Origin: an uncultured delta proteobacterium
Lineage (GTDB): Bacteria; Desulfobacterota; Desulfobacteria; Desulfobacterales; UBA2156
DNA: 64,000 nt
Direction of reading: 5' to 3'
NCBI GenBank assembly: GCA_963736855.1
Contig: CAVTQK010000015.1
Span: forward strand, 608,001 to 672,000
The translations under genes and the position numbers were made by a program. How positions within the stretch are numbered: the first letter of the stretch is position 1; every line of letters begins with the position of its first letter. Under the pieces are notes generated by a model. It made no database searches. It was not told the origin of the DNA and was given only the letters and a program-made list of their open reading frames with translations. Shown piece after piece: positions 40,945-50,679 of this stretch.

Positions 40945-42115
40945 TTAATAGCAATACTGCAGCATGTTTTCAGCCCAAGCCGACTCTGTTGGGAGCGGAG
41001 GGAGCGGTCTTGAAAAGAAATTTTCCCCTCGGACTCTTCTTAACATATCTATGACCGCCTGATAAAAACCTTGCTGACCATCGTGGGCAACTGTGACCCA
41101 TTCGGTATCATTTAATATCTCAACGACACCCGACTCATCACTCAACACAACACCCATTCTCCGATAGAGCGCTTCTATGGCGGGCAAGCCATACCCTTGC
41201 CGAGCCGGCATCAAGAACACATGACATTGATCATATAACTGGTTTAATATCTGGTTCGAAACAAAGCCGTGGAATCGAACCCGGTCGCTGATACCCAGGT
41301 TGCGGGCGTAGTTTTCGAGCTTTGATTTTTCCGGCCCATTTCCTACGATATTTAATCTCCAATTTTGGAATTCAGAACCACCTGAATTCCTAACCTCAGC
41401 TAACGCACCCAGAATCCAATCGATACGTTTGCTCGCCTGAAGCCGCGAAACGGACAGCAACTCAATCGGGTCATCCGGTCTGTCCGGTGCCTCATCTTAG
41501 AGGGGAACCAAAACCACCCAAATACATTACTTGGGCATCACGCCCATAGATGGCCTTCATTTCAGTCTGAAGGGCTTTTGTATTCGTAACGAACCGCTGA
41601 GCCCTCAATATTCCTCGCCTTGTTGCGAAATGCCTAATAGCCATAAATATCCTTACCCGCAATCGGGACAGCTTTGACCTACCACACGATATTTGCCCCA
41701 ATAAGCTATAAGTATCGGGTATTCTAATATGGTATGGCACATCAACCGACAATCCGGCATGGTAGGCCGATTGAATATTAAGTAGCAAGGGAGGAGGTGA
41801 CCCTTTTTTATGAAGACTATGCAGCGCCCGCCTGAGTGACAAACTTTTACTGAGAAAATTTCTCCTAGGCGTCAATTGATGAACCTGAACAGGCCACGAA
41901 GCATATTTATCGAGCCCTATATCATCGAAATAGCACAATATTGAATGAGAGCGCTCCGATTCATGTAACGCCTTAGATAAGGCCAGAATCACTCGCTCCT
42001 CCCCTCCAAATTCGATAAATTCAGGCTGAAATATTACAACATCGTCCGAGTTCGGGAACAATCTCGCAGATGCCTGTTTACTGAATAAGAACTCATGAGC
42101 AATCCTGGTGTTCAA
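40945..42115 (-). CDS. GT4-like glycosyltransferase (apparent frameshift near 41490)
   Basis: FGGEERVI, LSVSRLQASKRID, GNGPE, QGYGLPAIEAL. Confidence 0.8.
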
Positions 42116-42169
42116 TCAAAGCAATTTAGTAGTGGAGCAAGCATCCGGCTCGCTTGCCGTAAGAAATTT

Positions 42170-42866
42170 CGGTGATCAGACTACGTAGCCGTCAGGCGTC
42201 GCCAGACACCCATAACGGCTTCATCCTGGCTGCCACTTTGCCCTGCCTCGGAACACGATACCAATTATTTCCAATATTGCACCGCTTTCTCTCGGCCGAT
42301 ACGAAATGGCCGATTATAAAGGCGTACGCCGACAAGGCATATTTTGGAGAGCCAAAACGGCGCTTTCTTCTGCACAAAACAATTCGAAGACGGCATCATG
42401 AGAAAAGATACGACGACGGCCAAGTGACTCCCTATGAGAAAGCAAGAAACAAAAAGATTTCCAAAATCCGATACATCGTTGAAACGATACTTTGGACTGA
42501 GTCATCTTCACGATCATGCCTATCGGGCAAGGTTTACTACCATCGTTAAAAATAACCTCGACTGCTAGTGCAGACAGGTTTACCCCGTTACATTCCGAAG
42601 GACTATTAACCGGGGCAGGATTCAACATAAAACGAGGATTGAGAATTCTAAAGCTGGCGTTCATATAAATACAGCAGAGGTGTGTACAAAGAATAAAATC
42701 AAAAGAATTAAACATCGAAAATGATGAAATCGAAACGAAATAGAACCGCCATCTCTTTCGGCTTGAACGAAAAATTGGTCAAACCGGATAAAACGGCAAC
42801 AAAATTTTTCTGAAAAATCTCCTAAAAAGTTAAAATCCGAAATCTGAGTAAATTTTCAAACCTTTC
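42170..42866 (+). mobile_element. Degraded IS5-like transposase 3' half and right end
   Basis: YADKAYFGEP, RNKKISKIRYIVE, RARFTTIVKN, FNIKRG in broken frames; terminal TTTTCAAACCTTTC. Confidence 0.7.
42579..42615 (-). repeat. 37-bp palindromic element inserted in the transposase remnant
   Basis: Reverse complement CCCCGGTTAATAGTCCTTCGGAATGTAACGGGGTAAA has the same ends as the P1-P4 palindromes. Confidence 0.65.
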
Positions 42867-43044
42867 AGATTCCGGAGGACGTTCGAGTTTGCTTTGAGGC
42901 TGTAAATAATCGTATCGGTGTCGAGCAAAAACATCACAAACCTTTTCGGAGCTTGTGGGAAGCGCGGCGTGCATTTTTAAGTTCCGAAACGATTTGCGCT
43001 GCGGTCCGGGAATCTTCCCAAGAGCCTGCGAGAGAAAGAAGGGC

Positions 43045-43122
43045 TTGGAAAGACGGGAATCCCGAGCTTGCTCCAAATCTCGTTCCGCCTGACGGAACCA
43101 GTCATGTGAACGATTCGGAATA
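43045..43122 (-). pseudogene. 5' remnant of the HEPN gene at 45769-46158
   Basis: CGTTCCGCCTGACGGAACCAGTCATGTGAACGATTCGG is near-identical to 46118-46155; ATG replaced by ATT. Confidence 0.8.
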
Positions 43123-43127
43123 TGTTT

Positions 43128-43156
43128 CTCACAGAGCCCATAGAGGGCGCAGAGGG
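43128..43156. repeat. Cassette boundary R1 (three CRYAGAG units, 9-bp period)
   Basis: CTCACAGAGCCCATAGAGGGCGCAGAGGG. Confidence 0.9.
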
Positions 43157-43309
43157 TTTTTCAGATTCGCAGGCTGCGCATTACATATTCGGCCAAATCC
43201 ACTCGTGAAACATCTGGGTTTTAGGCTATCATGTCGAGATAGAGAATCGATCAAGTAGCTTCATTATAAGACGTATAACGACGATGGATCATGTTCGGGG
43301 AAAAAGGTT

Positions 43310-43696
43310 TTACTTTTTGCCATTCCTTATTTCCGAAAGTTCGTTGCTCATTTTTTGAATGGCTTCTCTTAGCCTTGGGATATGGTTCGCACAGATGTCA
43401 AAAATAATTTCATGGTCAACATGCTCGTAGTGGTGAGAAACCAGATCTCGAAACCGTGCAATCTTATCCCATTCGATCTCAGCATAACGGTTTAAAAATG
43501 GTAAATCCTTCTTCTGTATTTTCTTCACCGACTCACCGATGATTTGGAGCCTCATTGAAATTGCATCCAACAGTGTGACCCCATCCGATGTTGACACAAA
43601 ATCTCCAGATTCAGCGATCTTTGAAAATCGTTCCTGCACAAGGCTGATTGAGTCGAGCAAAACATCCAGAATCTCAACAATTTCATCTTCAGACAT
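43310..43696 (-). CDS. HepT/DUF86 HEPN ribonuclease toxin
   Basis: LQIIGESVK, IEWDKIARFRDLVSHHY (Rx4H), VDHEIIFD. Confidence 0.88.
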   Translation of the reverse strand: MSEDEIVEILDVLLDSISLVQERFSKIAESGDFVSTSDGVTLLDAISMRLQIIGESVKKIQKKDLPFLNRYAEIEWDKIARFRDLVSHHYEHVDHEIIFDICANHIPRLREAIQKMSNELSEIRNGKK

Positions 43697-43979
43697 AGTG
43701 GATATCTCTCTCAATTCGTTTTAAAAAGCGTTCGCTCAGCCCCTTCCTCTTACGAATTAGCTCGACCGGTTTCCCCAATCTGTTTTCGAGATATATATGC
43801 AGTCCGGCTAGGTAATCAAAACGAGCTTCGGTTAGTTCAACAAGCAAATCGATATCGCTATCGGGTTGGTGTGTTTCTTTCGCGTGGGAACCGAAAAGCC
43901 CGATGGCCAAGAGACCGTATTTATTCCTAAGATATTGCTTTTCTGAACGTAAAATATCCAATATTTCTTTGCTGGTCAT
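43689..43979 (-). CDS. MntA-like minimal nucleotidyltransferase antitoxin
   Basis: IGLFGSHAK...DSDIDLLVE; overlaps the DUF86 gene. Confidence 0.9.
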   Translation of the reverse strand: MTSKEILDILRSEKQYLRNKYGLLAIGLFGSHAKETHQPDSDIDLLVELTEARFDYLAGLHIYLENRLGKPVELIRKRKGLSERFLKRIERDIHYV

Positions 43980-44002
43980 GATTTTTTTCGTAAGAGGGGC
44001 AT

Positions 44003-44031
44003 CTCACAGAGTTCGCAGAGGGCGCAGAGGG
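44003..44031. repeat. Cassette boundary R2
   Basis: CTCACAGAGTTCGCAGAGGGCGCAGAGGG. Confidence 0.9.
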
Positions 44032-44059
44032 TTCAAGTGTTTGGAGAGAATCGATATCC

Positions 44060-44638
44060 TTATTTCTTCGACAAAGAAAGGTTTCGGAAATGCGTGTTCC
44101 ATTCTTTCAGGAGTCCTTTATTGTCGATTTTTTCCATCAGGACCCTGAAATCGATTTGATCTCCGGAGAGCTCAAGGATACCGCCGATATCGTTTAAATG
44201 TTTTTCTGAACCGCCTTCATGATAATATTCCAGCTTGCGCAGAATAACATATTCAATGGGGGCGATCCAGATCGATTCCCCTTCAAAACGGATCTCTTTG
44301 CGCTTGTTGAGTGCCCACTGGTGAAGCTTGCTGTTGCCCATTGGGTAAATGTCGGCCTTGAAACCCGTTGTATGATGAATCAGGTTGAAGTGACCGCCTG
44401 ATGGCCTTGAAATTTCGATTTTGATGATTTCCGGTGGCGGGCAATAAAATTCTGAAAGAGGAAAGACTTCGGTAAAGCTTCCGATATTAAAGGGTTCCAG
44501 ATCGATCACAAGATCGAGGTCATGGGTTAAGCGGGGTTTACCGTATATAATGGACGCCATTGCCCCGGTGACCATGTAGCGAATTCTCAATTGGTTGAAC
44601 CGGGAGATGAATATTTTCAGAAGATCAAGTTCGGGCAT
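44060..44638 (-). CDS. Nucleotidyltransferase-fold protein (AbiEii/DUF6036-like)
   Basis: YMVTGAMASIIYGKPRLTHDLDLVI; ILRKL...SEKHLNDI. Confidence 0.75.
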   Translation of the reverse strand: MPELDLLKIFISRFNQLRIRYMVTGAMASIIYGKPRLTHDLDLVIDLEPFNIGSFTEVFPLSEFYCPPPEIIKIEISRPSGGHFNLIHHTTGFKADIYPMGNSKLHQWALNKRKEIRFEGESIWIAPIEYVILRKLEYYHEGGSEKHLNDIGGILELSGDQIDFRVLMEKIDNKGLLKEWNTHFRNLSLSKK

Positions 44639-44816
44639 AGAGGAATATTTCCTTGACCTTGTTTTGGATTTGTTCGTCCGTCCAATCGGGATGCTGCAGA
44701 CGCAACCCCGCTTCTTTCAGTTTATGTGCACAAGAATACAGATCCAGAAAAAGCCTTAGTTTTTGTTCCGGATTTAATTTTTTTAGGAAATCATTTTGAG
44801 ATGGATTTTCTGTCAT
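44625..44816 (-). CDS. Small partner protein upstream of the nucleotidyltransferase
   Basis: LKKLNPEQKL...AGLRLQHPDWTDEQI; overlaps the downstream gene start. Confidence 0.65.
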   Translation of the reverse strand: MTENPSQNDFLKKLNPEQKLRLFLDLYSCAHKLKEAGLRLQHPDWTDEQIQNKVKEIFLYART

Positions 44817-44844
44817 TCCAATGGCTCTAATTTTTCTTCGGTCC

Positions 44845-44873
44845 CTCATAGAGTTCACAGAGGACGCAGAGGG
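44845..44873. repeat. Cassette boundary R3
   Basis: CTCATAGAGTTCACAGAGGACGCAGAGGG. Confidence 0.9.
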
Positions 44874-45061
44874 TTTTTCAGATTCGCAGGCTGCGCATTA
44901 CACATTCGGCCAAATCCACTCGTGAAACATCTGGGCTCAGGCTATCGCGTCGGGATAGTGAATCGATCAAGTAGCTTCACTATAAGATGTAGAACGACGA
45001 TGGATTATGTTCGGAGAAAAAGGTTTTACTTTTTGCCATTCCTTTGATGTGTTCTCCGCGT

Positions 45062-45388
45062 TCACGACCTGTGTTTATTCGGGTTTAATCCCTTTGTTGA
45101 AAATTTAAGCAACAAAACCGACTCTCGCGCTTTTTCCACCAAGCGGACTTTTTCTGGCCAAGTGAGCGCACGGAGGTTTTTTTGCCGGAGGGCATACCGA
45201 TTCAGCAAAAACGATATTTCATTTAATACATAAAGCCCTTCTGACTCTGGCACCCCAACCAAAACATCAATATCCAAAGTTGCTACCGGTTCGGCATACC
45301 GTATCTGCGCCATTGCGCCAAATATGGCGTAATTGATGATCACCTCCTTCTTGACCATCTCATTCAGCAATTCAGCTAGTTCTTTCAC
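45062..45388 (-). pseudogene. Probably deleted/fused nucleotidyltransferase-partner remnant
   Basis: N-terminal YAIFGAMAQIRYAEPVATLDIDVLV motif but only 108 aa; C-terminus LTWPEKVRLVE resembles small partner proteins. Confidence 0.5.
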
Positions 45389-45446
45389 ATCACCTCTCTT
45401 TAAGAAAGATAGGTATTGCGATTAAAGGTATCTTGCTGTCTATTTA

Positions 45447-45812
45447 TCACTGGTCACGCTCATAGACCCAGTTTACCTCTTCAAGCAGCATTCGGCTGAA
45501 GCGAGTGTTCGGATCCATTGCTTTCCACTCTGAAAGGGTATAGACTAGCACATCTGCAGGAACCGGCAGCTCGGAAGTGTCCCAGGCGATCCCTCGGCGC
45601 ACAAAAGGTTCATTGGACTTTTCCACAATAATAATGAGATCCAGGTCGCTTCCCACGCCCCAGTCACTTCGTGCCAAAGAGCCAAAATACCCGATACGTA
45701 CCACTTCGGGTCTCATGGCAGCGACCTCTGCCGCCCAAGTCTCAAGGCGGCGCACCACTGTATCTTGATCAGGCCATCGCATTACGGACGAAGTCAAGGA
45801 TCTCACCGGCAT
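45447..45812 (-). CDS. MNT nucleotidyltransferase
   Basis: IGYFGSLARSDWGVGSDLDLIII, PADVLVYT. Confidence 0.88.
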   Translation of the reverse strand: MPVRSLTSSVMRWPDQDTVVRRLETWAAEVAAMRPEVVRIGYFGSLARSDWGVGSDLDLIIIVEKSNEPFVRRGIAWDTSELPVPADVLVYTLSEWKAMDPNTRFSRMLLEEVNWVYERDQ

Positions 45813-46158
45813 ATTGGATCGCCTCTTTACTTTGTAAAGGTCCATAATGTTCAAAGGGCGCCCCTTCCGGATGCCCGTTTGGGTATCGTGGCGGAATGTA
45901 ATAGGCATCGAGAACCCGGCCTTTCTCGATAAGATCTTCAGGGATGCGGATTGTTTTCGGCAGTTCGATCAGAAGTTTGGCGATCACGTGGCCCCACGCC
46001 TCTTGGCCCAACTTCAGATGAAGCGCTTTCACCACCTTTTCCGCTGACTGCTGAGCCGCAAAACATGCCCATTCATGCCGGCCGGAAAGACGAGAATCCC
46101 TGGCCTGGTCTAAATCCCGTTCCGCCTGACGGAACCAATCATGTGAACGATTCGGCAT
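45769..46158 (-). CDS. HEPN domain protein
   Basis: WFRQAERDL, ACFAAQQSAEKVVKAL, WGH, YIPPRYPN. Confidence 0.9.
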   Translation of the reverse strand: MPNRSHDWFRQAERDLDQARDSRLSGRHEWACFAAQQSAEKVVKALHLKLGQEAWGHVIAKLLIELPKTIRIPEDLIEKGRVLDAYYIPPRYPNGHPEGAPFEHYGPLQSKEAIQYAGEILDFVRNAMA

Positions 46159-46164
46159 GTGTTC

Positions 46165-46193
46165 CTCACAGAGCGCGCAGAGGGCGCAGAGGG
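46165..46193. repeat. Cassette boundary R4
   Basis: CTCACAGAGCGCGCAGAGGGCGCAGAGGG. Confidence 0.9.
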
Positions 46194-46350
46194 TTCAAGT
46201 GTTTGGAGAGAATCGATATCCTTATTTCTTCGACAAAGAAAGGTTTCGGAAATGCGTGTTCCATTCTTTCAGGAGTCCTTTATTGTCGATTTTTTCCATC
46301 AGGACCCTGAAATCGATTTGATCTCCGGAGAGCTCAAGGATACCGCCGAT
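46194..46350 (-). pseudogene. Duplicate of 44032-44188 (3' end of the 44060-44638 gene plus tail)
   Basis: 157-bp copy with no differences seen by eye. Confidence 0.9.
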
Positions 46351-46428
46351 TTTGAATAGATTCCAATACCGATGTCACTAAGACCTCGTTCCAAGTAAAT
46401 AACAAGGGACTTTTGAAATTTGATTACC

Positions 46429-46833
46429 CTAAAAAAGCTTATTGCGAACAAAGGCCAGTGTCAGATCCGCCATGCGAAGAACTTCCAGGGCAACCGGCTT
46501 GGTATAAATTTTTGCCGGAATGCTATCCGGCAATCCATTCGGATAGCGAGTTGGTATATAATAGGCGTCCAGAGGGGCAATTTTTTCTCGAAGTTCGTCA
46601 AATCCTTTATCAATTTCTGAAGCCCATCGACAAAGAGCCTCAACAGAATGGCCGACAACGAATTCTTCACCTTGCGCATAGAGAAATGCTTTGAGAGCTT
46701 TTTCGGCGATTTGTTGACCGACAAAACACGCTAAATGATAGCTGCCACCATCGAAGAGCAATTTCGCCCCTTTTCTGTCGGCTTCGGCTTGTTCTATCCA
46801 GCGGAGGCCTTCGGCCATAGCATCACGCTTCAT
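46429..46833 (-). CDS. HEPN domain protein
   Basis: WIEQAEAD, ACFVGQQIAEKALKAFL, GHSV, YIPTRYPN. Confidence 0.9.
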   Translation of the reverse strand: MKRDAMAEGLRWIEQAEADRKGAKLLFDGGSYHLACFVGQQIAEKALKAFLYAQGEEFVVGHSVEALCRWASEIDKGFDELREKIAPLDAYYIPTRYPNGLPDSIPAKIYTKPVALEVLRMADLTLAFVRNKLF

Positions 46834-47200
46834 AGAGGATTCTCCCCGTCTTCATCGCACGTTTGAGGAAAGGGTTGTCTTTCATTTTTTTTATTTCTTC
46901 AGGGGTATATACGAGCAAGTCGACTCCGATCCTCGGTTTCAATTGCCGGTAAACCGCACCTGTTCTGTCGAGAAAATCCAGTCCGCTGTCGATAACAATA
47001 ATGAGATCCAAATCACTGGAAAGGGCGGTATTGCCGCTGGCAACGGAGCCGAAAAGAATGACTTTCCGGGCTCCCATTTTCACTGCTTCAAGGGTTAACC
47101 GCTCGGCCTCTTCATGCAGGTGTTGTATATGGGATTCTTTCCGGCTTTTTAAACGATCCCTCAACTGCTTGGTCTGGTGATAGTTCATCTGACCGGTCAT
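46823..47200 (-). CDS. MNT nucleotidyltransferase
   Basis: VILFGSVASG...SDLDLIIV, VDLLVYTPEE. Confidence 0.9.
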   Translation of the reverse strand: MTGQMNYHQTKQLRDRLKSRKESHIQHLHEEAERLTLEAVKMGARKVILFGSVASGNTALSSDLDLIIVIDSGLDFLDRTGAVYRQLKPRIGVDLLVYTPEEIKKMKDNPFLKRAMKTGRILYEA

Positions 47201-47338
47201 CGGCTTTTCGATTGGATTTTATGCCGGAAACACATCGATTTGGAGAAATGAGCGCGTTCGATGCGCATAGCTCCGCTTGGTTGATATCCGAATCGATAAC
47301 GGCATAATACTTTGATTTTATATGAAATATGTTAAGTA

Positions 47339-47530
47339 TGATGAAATCGTAACAAAGCTATTTTTGCTCGCTTCGTGACCATTTTCGGGAGATGCTCACG
47401 GCTTCTCTAAATTTCAAGAACTCGGCGCAAGCGCCTCAAACAGCTTGAAATTATTAACGCTCAGCCGTTCGCATCTCTTTTTCCGAAAATGCTCAAACCT
47501 CGCTTGCAAAAGCTTTTTACGAAGCCATCA
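47339..47530. mobile_element. MITE-like element with the same TIRs but a different, strongly self-complementary interior
   Basis: TGATGAAATCGTAACAAAGC ... GCTTTTTACGAAGCCATCA; nested inverted segments inside. Confidence 0.7.
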
Positions 47531-47771
47531 AATATGAATCCGAAAAATCAGCTCAATAAAAGACGGATTGCAGTACGCTTTAAAAACAGTGCCAAGCCCT
47601 TGAATCTGTTAACAGCAAATCGCATGATTTTAAATGGATAAGCCTATCATTAAAAACTAAAGTAAGAGAAAAATATCTTAAATCGATAAAATAGGCAATA
47701 AAATAATATGGTTTCCTGTTGTTCGATCGATATGGCAAAAGAGTAGAAGGAGGGTAGAAAAAGGCAAAAAA

Positions 47772-49072
47772 TTACCGACCATGCTTAGATTCGGGGGAGG
47801 CGGCAATCGCCATGATAACCGTGAACAACAGGGCGTTGGCTGGAATATGAAGATTGAAATCGGAGATGCTGTGGACCATAATGGCGACGATGCCTGCCAT
47901 GGCCCCGGCCGTGGTTCCCAACGTCAGTCCGCTATGATTGGGTAATTTTTGAAACCCGATGCGAAATAGCAAAAACAGTCCCCAGATCACAATGGGTATC
48001 CAAAAAACGCCCAACTCAGCGGTGAATTGAAGATAATCGTTGTGCGCGTTATAAAATCGAGCCCAAAAACCCGGAGGCTGATACTGGGTAAAAATCGTTG
48101 AAAAGGTCCCCGGACCGCTTCCCAGCAAGGGATAATCGAGAATCAAATTCAGAATCCCTTTCCAGGCGGTGACGCGACTTTGATAAGAGCCGATTTTTTC
48201 TTTCTGCTCGAAAGTGAGGACCCTTTCCACGGTCGTTTCGCTGGAAAGTGTGATGATACCGAACAGGAAGATGGCAGCAATACATATCAGAAGGATCTTT
48301 TTAATGCTCAGAGACTGTTTTGCGCGCATGATAAGCAGGATAAAAAAGGCGCTCCCGGATTAATGCCCCGATCCAACCGCCCCTGGAAAGTGATAAAAGC
48401 AGGGCTGTCACCAAAAAGGTCAGGAGAACAGAAAAAAGTACAAATTGGCCTCGTTTCAAGCCTGATGCAAGCATTCCCAAGAGCAGAGGAATAGCCATCT
48501 CCATATACCCGGCAAAATGGTTATAATGAAAGTAGGTGGAAGTCAGAGCATCGTTGAGGTACTCTCCATGATGTCTCGTAGGCCCACCATGAAAAGGGAT
48601 TGGCGCCGGCCCATTTGAATAGGCCGAAGACCGCCAAGAAAGTCGCAACACTTACGATCATAATAACGAGAGTGTGGATATGTTTTTTTTGATTACAGAC
48701 CTGGATGACCAGAAAATAGATTGCAATATAATTGACCAATTCCACAACGGCCCAAAAAGAAAGACCTCGATGGACGGAATTAAGACCGGAAATGAGGCTC
48801 AGAAGCAGAATTGCTGCAATGGGTTTTGTCAGAGGGGTTATAGTCCATTTTCCATCCCACCTGAAGATCTTTTCCATAAAGAAGCTTGCCAGGGCCATGA
48901 GGGTAAGGATATGCATGAGGGTGATCGCCCAAGCCGGGACGGATCCTTTAGGAAGAGGGGTGATGATGAGCAGCAGATAGATGAGAAGACGAGGCAGCAT
49001 CCCCGGACTTATTATTTTCTTGCCGTCCGGCGAGTGCGCTGCATGATTGCTTTGAATGGAATTCACGCTCAT
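47772..49072 (-). CDS. O-antigen ligase/Wzy_C family membrane protein (several apparent frameshifts)
   Basis: YNHFAGYMEM, LSLSRGGW, YPLLGSGPGTF, AHNDYLQ, HSISDFNLHIPAN. Confidence 0.85.
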
Positions 49073-50628
49073 CAGTTACGGATTCTTTGGAGGTCCTTCA
49101 AGAGGGAATTGTATTTTTTCTGGAGTTCCGAATCTTTCGGATCGAGGCTTAAAGCCCGTTGGTAATATCGGGCGGCTTCTTCCCATCGCCCCATCCGGTG
49201 CAAGGCATCCCCGGCCCAATTCGGATAGTCCGGGTTTTTGGGGTCCAGGTTTGCCGCCTGATCCCAGTCAGCAAGTGCTCCGGGATAGTCTTCTTTTTGC
49301 CACCGGATCCAGGCCCTATGGCTGAACAGCCATGATCGTGACTCTTTGGAATGGGCAATGGCAAGGTCTGCTTCTTTTTCAGCGTCATCGATCTTTTTAA
49401 GCCTTTCAAGCACTTCGGAAAACTTGAAATGATACCAGTAACTTTCTGGATCATGGACTGTCGCCTTCTGGATGAAGCGTTCCATGGAATCCCAGTCTTT
49501 TTCATTTTCGGCAATTTCCGACAAAAGATAAAAAGCCTCACCGGAAGGAGTTTGTTGCGATAAAGATGTCAATATTTCTTTTGCCGGAATGAAGTTTTTT
49601 AACTTGATATGAACGCGTGCGGCATAAAGGTCGGCTTCCGCGAAAAGCAGTCTTTTTGTTTTGGCTTCTTTCAAGACCGATAAGAATGCTTCAAGCTTGC
49701 CTGATTCTTCGCAGATCCAATAGACCGAATCGAGTGCTTCAGCTTTATTTCTGCTTGAAAGTAATGCATTGATAAAGGCCTGTGTTGCCTTTTCGATATT
49801 TCCTGCGGCAAGGTAAAGCTTTACCAAACGGATATGGTCATGGGCGCCTATTTCGGGTTCAAGCTCCAGGCTCTTCATAAGATGGACTATCGCTTCCTGG
49901 TAATGCTTCTCTTGTTCCAGGATGTCGGATAATACAGCGTGTGCGCTTTTAGCCGTGGAGCTGTGTTCAATGGCTTTTATCACACCGGATTTAAATGCCG
50001 ACCGGATATTGTTTGACCAAAACGGTTCTTTCGTTATTCTATGATAGGCGTCAGGATAGACACGGCCAAGATCATGGATTGTTTTCTCCAATGCAGATGG
50101 TTGATTTTCTGTGTAAAGGTACTCTGCCAGGGCAAAATGGTACTGGGCGGTGTTCGGTGCGAGTTCGATCGCTTTTTGGAAATGGGAAAGAGCATTCAAT
50201 GCACCGCTTGGGAAAGACTTTCCCGTGAAAAGAGCAAGCTGTTCGAGCCGGGCTTCCGTTGATGCCAGGGAAAAGAAAAGAGAGGATTCCAGCGGATTTA
50301 AGGATGTTGCTTTTTTGAAGGACTCTTTTGCGGAAATGGTTATGGCAAAAGCGTCATTCAAGGGTTTGCTGTTTGCATACAGCCTGTATGCGTTTCCCAG
50401 GGCTTCCCAGTTCGAAGAATCCATTGGATTGAAACGAACCGCTTTTTTCAATCGAGAAACGGCCAATTCATACTGTTTGTTTTCAATGGCGTTTTTCCCT
50501 GTCAGATTAAAGAGTTGAGAAATAAAGATCTGAGAGAGGGCATAAAGAAGAATCAGGGAAATGCCGGGCACGAGAAAGGCGAGAAAAACTTTTAGAGGTC
50601 GTTTCATGGAAGCGATCGGGTGATGCAA
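49072..50628 (-). CDS. Membrane-anchored TPR protein
   Basis: N-terminal TM and many TPRs (e.g. GRWEEAARYYQRALSLDP). Confidence 0.85.
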   Translation of the reverse strand: MHHPIASMKRPLKVFLAFLVPGISLILLYALSQIFISQLFNLTGKNAIENKQYELAVSRLKKAVRFNPMDSSNWEALGNAYRLYANSKPLNDAFAITISAKESFKKATSLNPLESSLFFSLASTEARLEQLALFTGKSFPSGALNALSHFQKAIELAPNTAQYHFALAEYLYTENQPSALEKTIHDLGRVYPDAYHRITKEPFWSNNIRSAFKSGVIKAIEHSSTAKSAHAVLSDILEQEKHYQEAIVHLMKSLELEPEIGAHDHIRLVKLYLAAGNIEKATQAFINALLSSRNKAEALDSVYWICEESGKLEAFLSVLKEAKTKRLLFAEADLYAARVHIKLKNFIPAKEILTSLSQQTPSGEAFYLLSEIAENEKDWDSMERFIQKATVHDPESYWYHFKFSEVLERLKKIDDAEKEADLAIAHSKESRSWLFSHRAWIRWQKEDYPGALADWDQAANLDPKNPDYPNWAGDALHRMGRWEEAARYYQRALSLDPKDSELQKKYNSLLKDLQRIRN

Positions 50629-50679
50629 TTCAAAAATGGCAGTGGGTTGAGACCGCTTCTGGCAATCAATTAAAGCGGT

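Noticed and set aside
42822..43258. ORFs 42822-43076, 42953-43258, 44796-45047, 45951-46310 as genes
   Set aside because: They run across repeat junctions and duplicated remnants and are explained by those.
43128..46193. CRISPR array interpretation of the 29-bp R repeats
   Set aside because: Spacing is 0.8-1.3 kb with whole genes between, the repeats are degenerate, and there are no cas genes.
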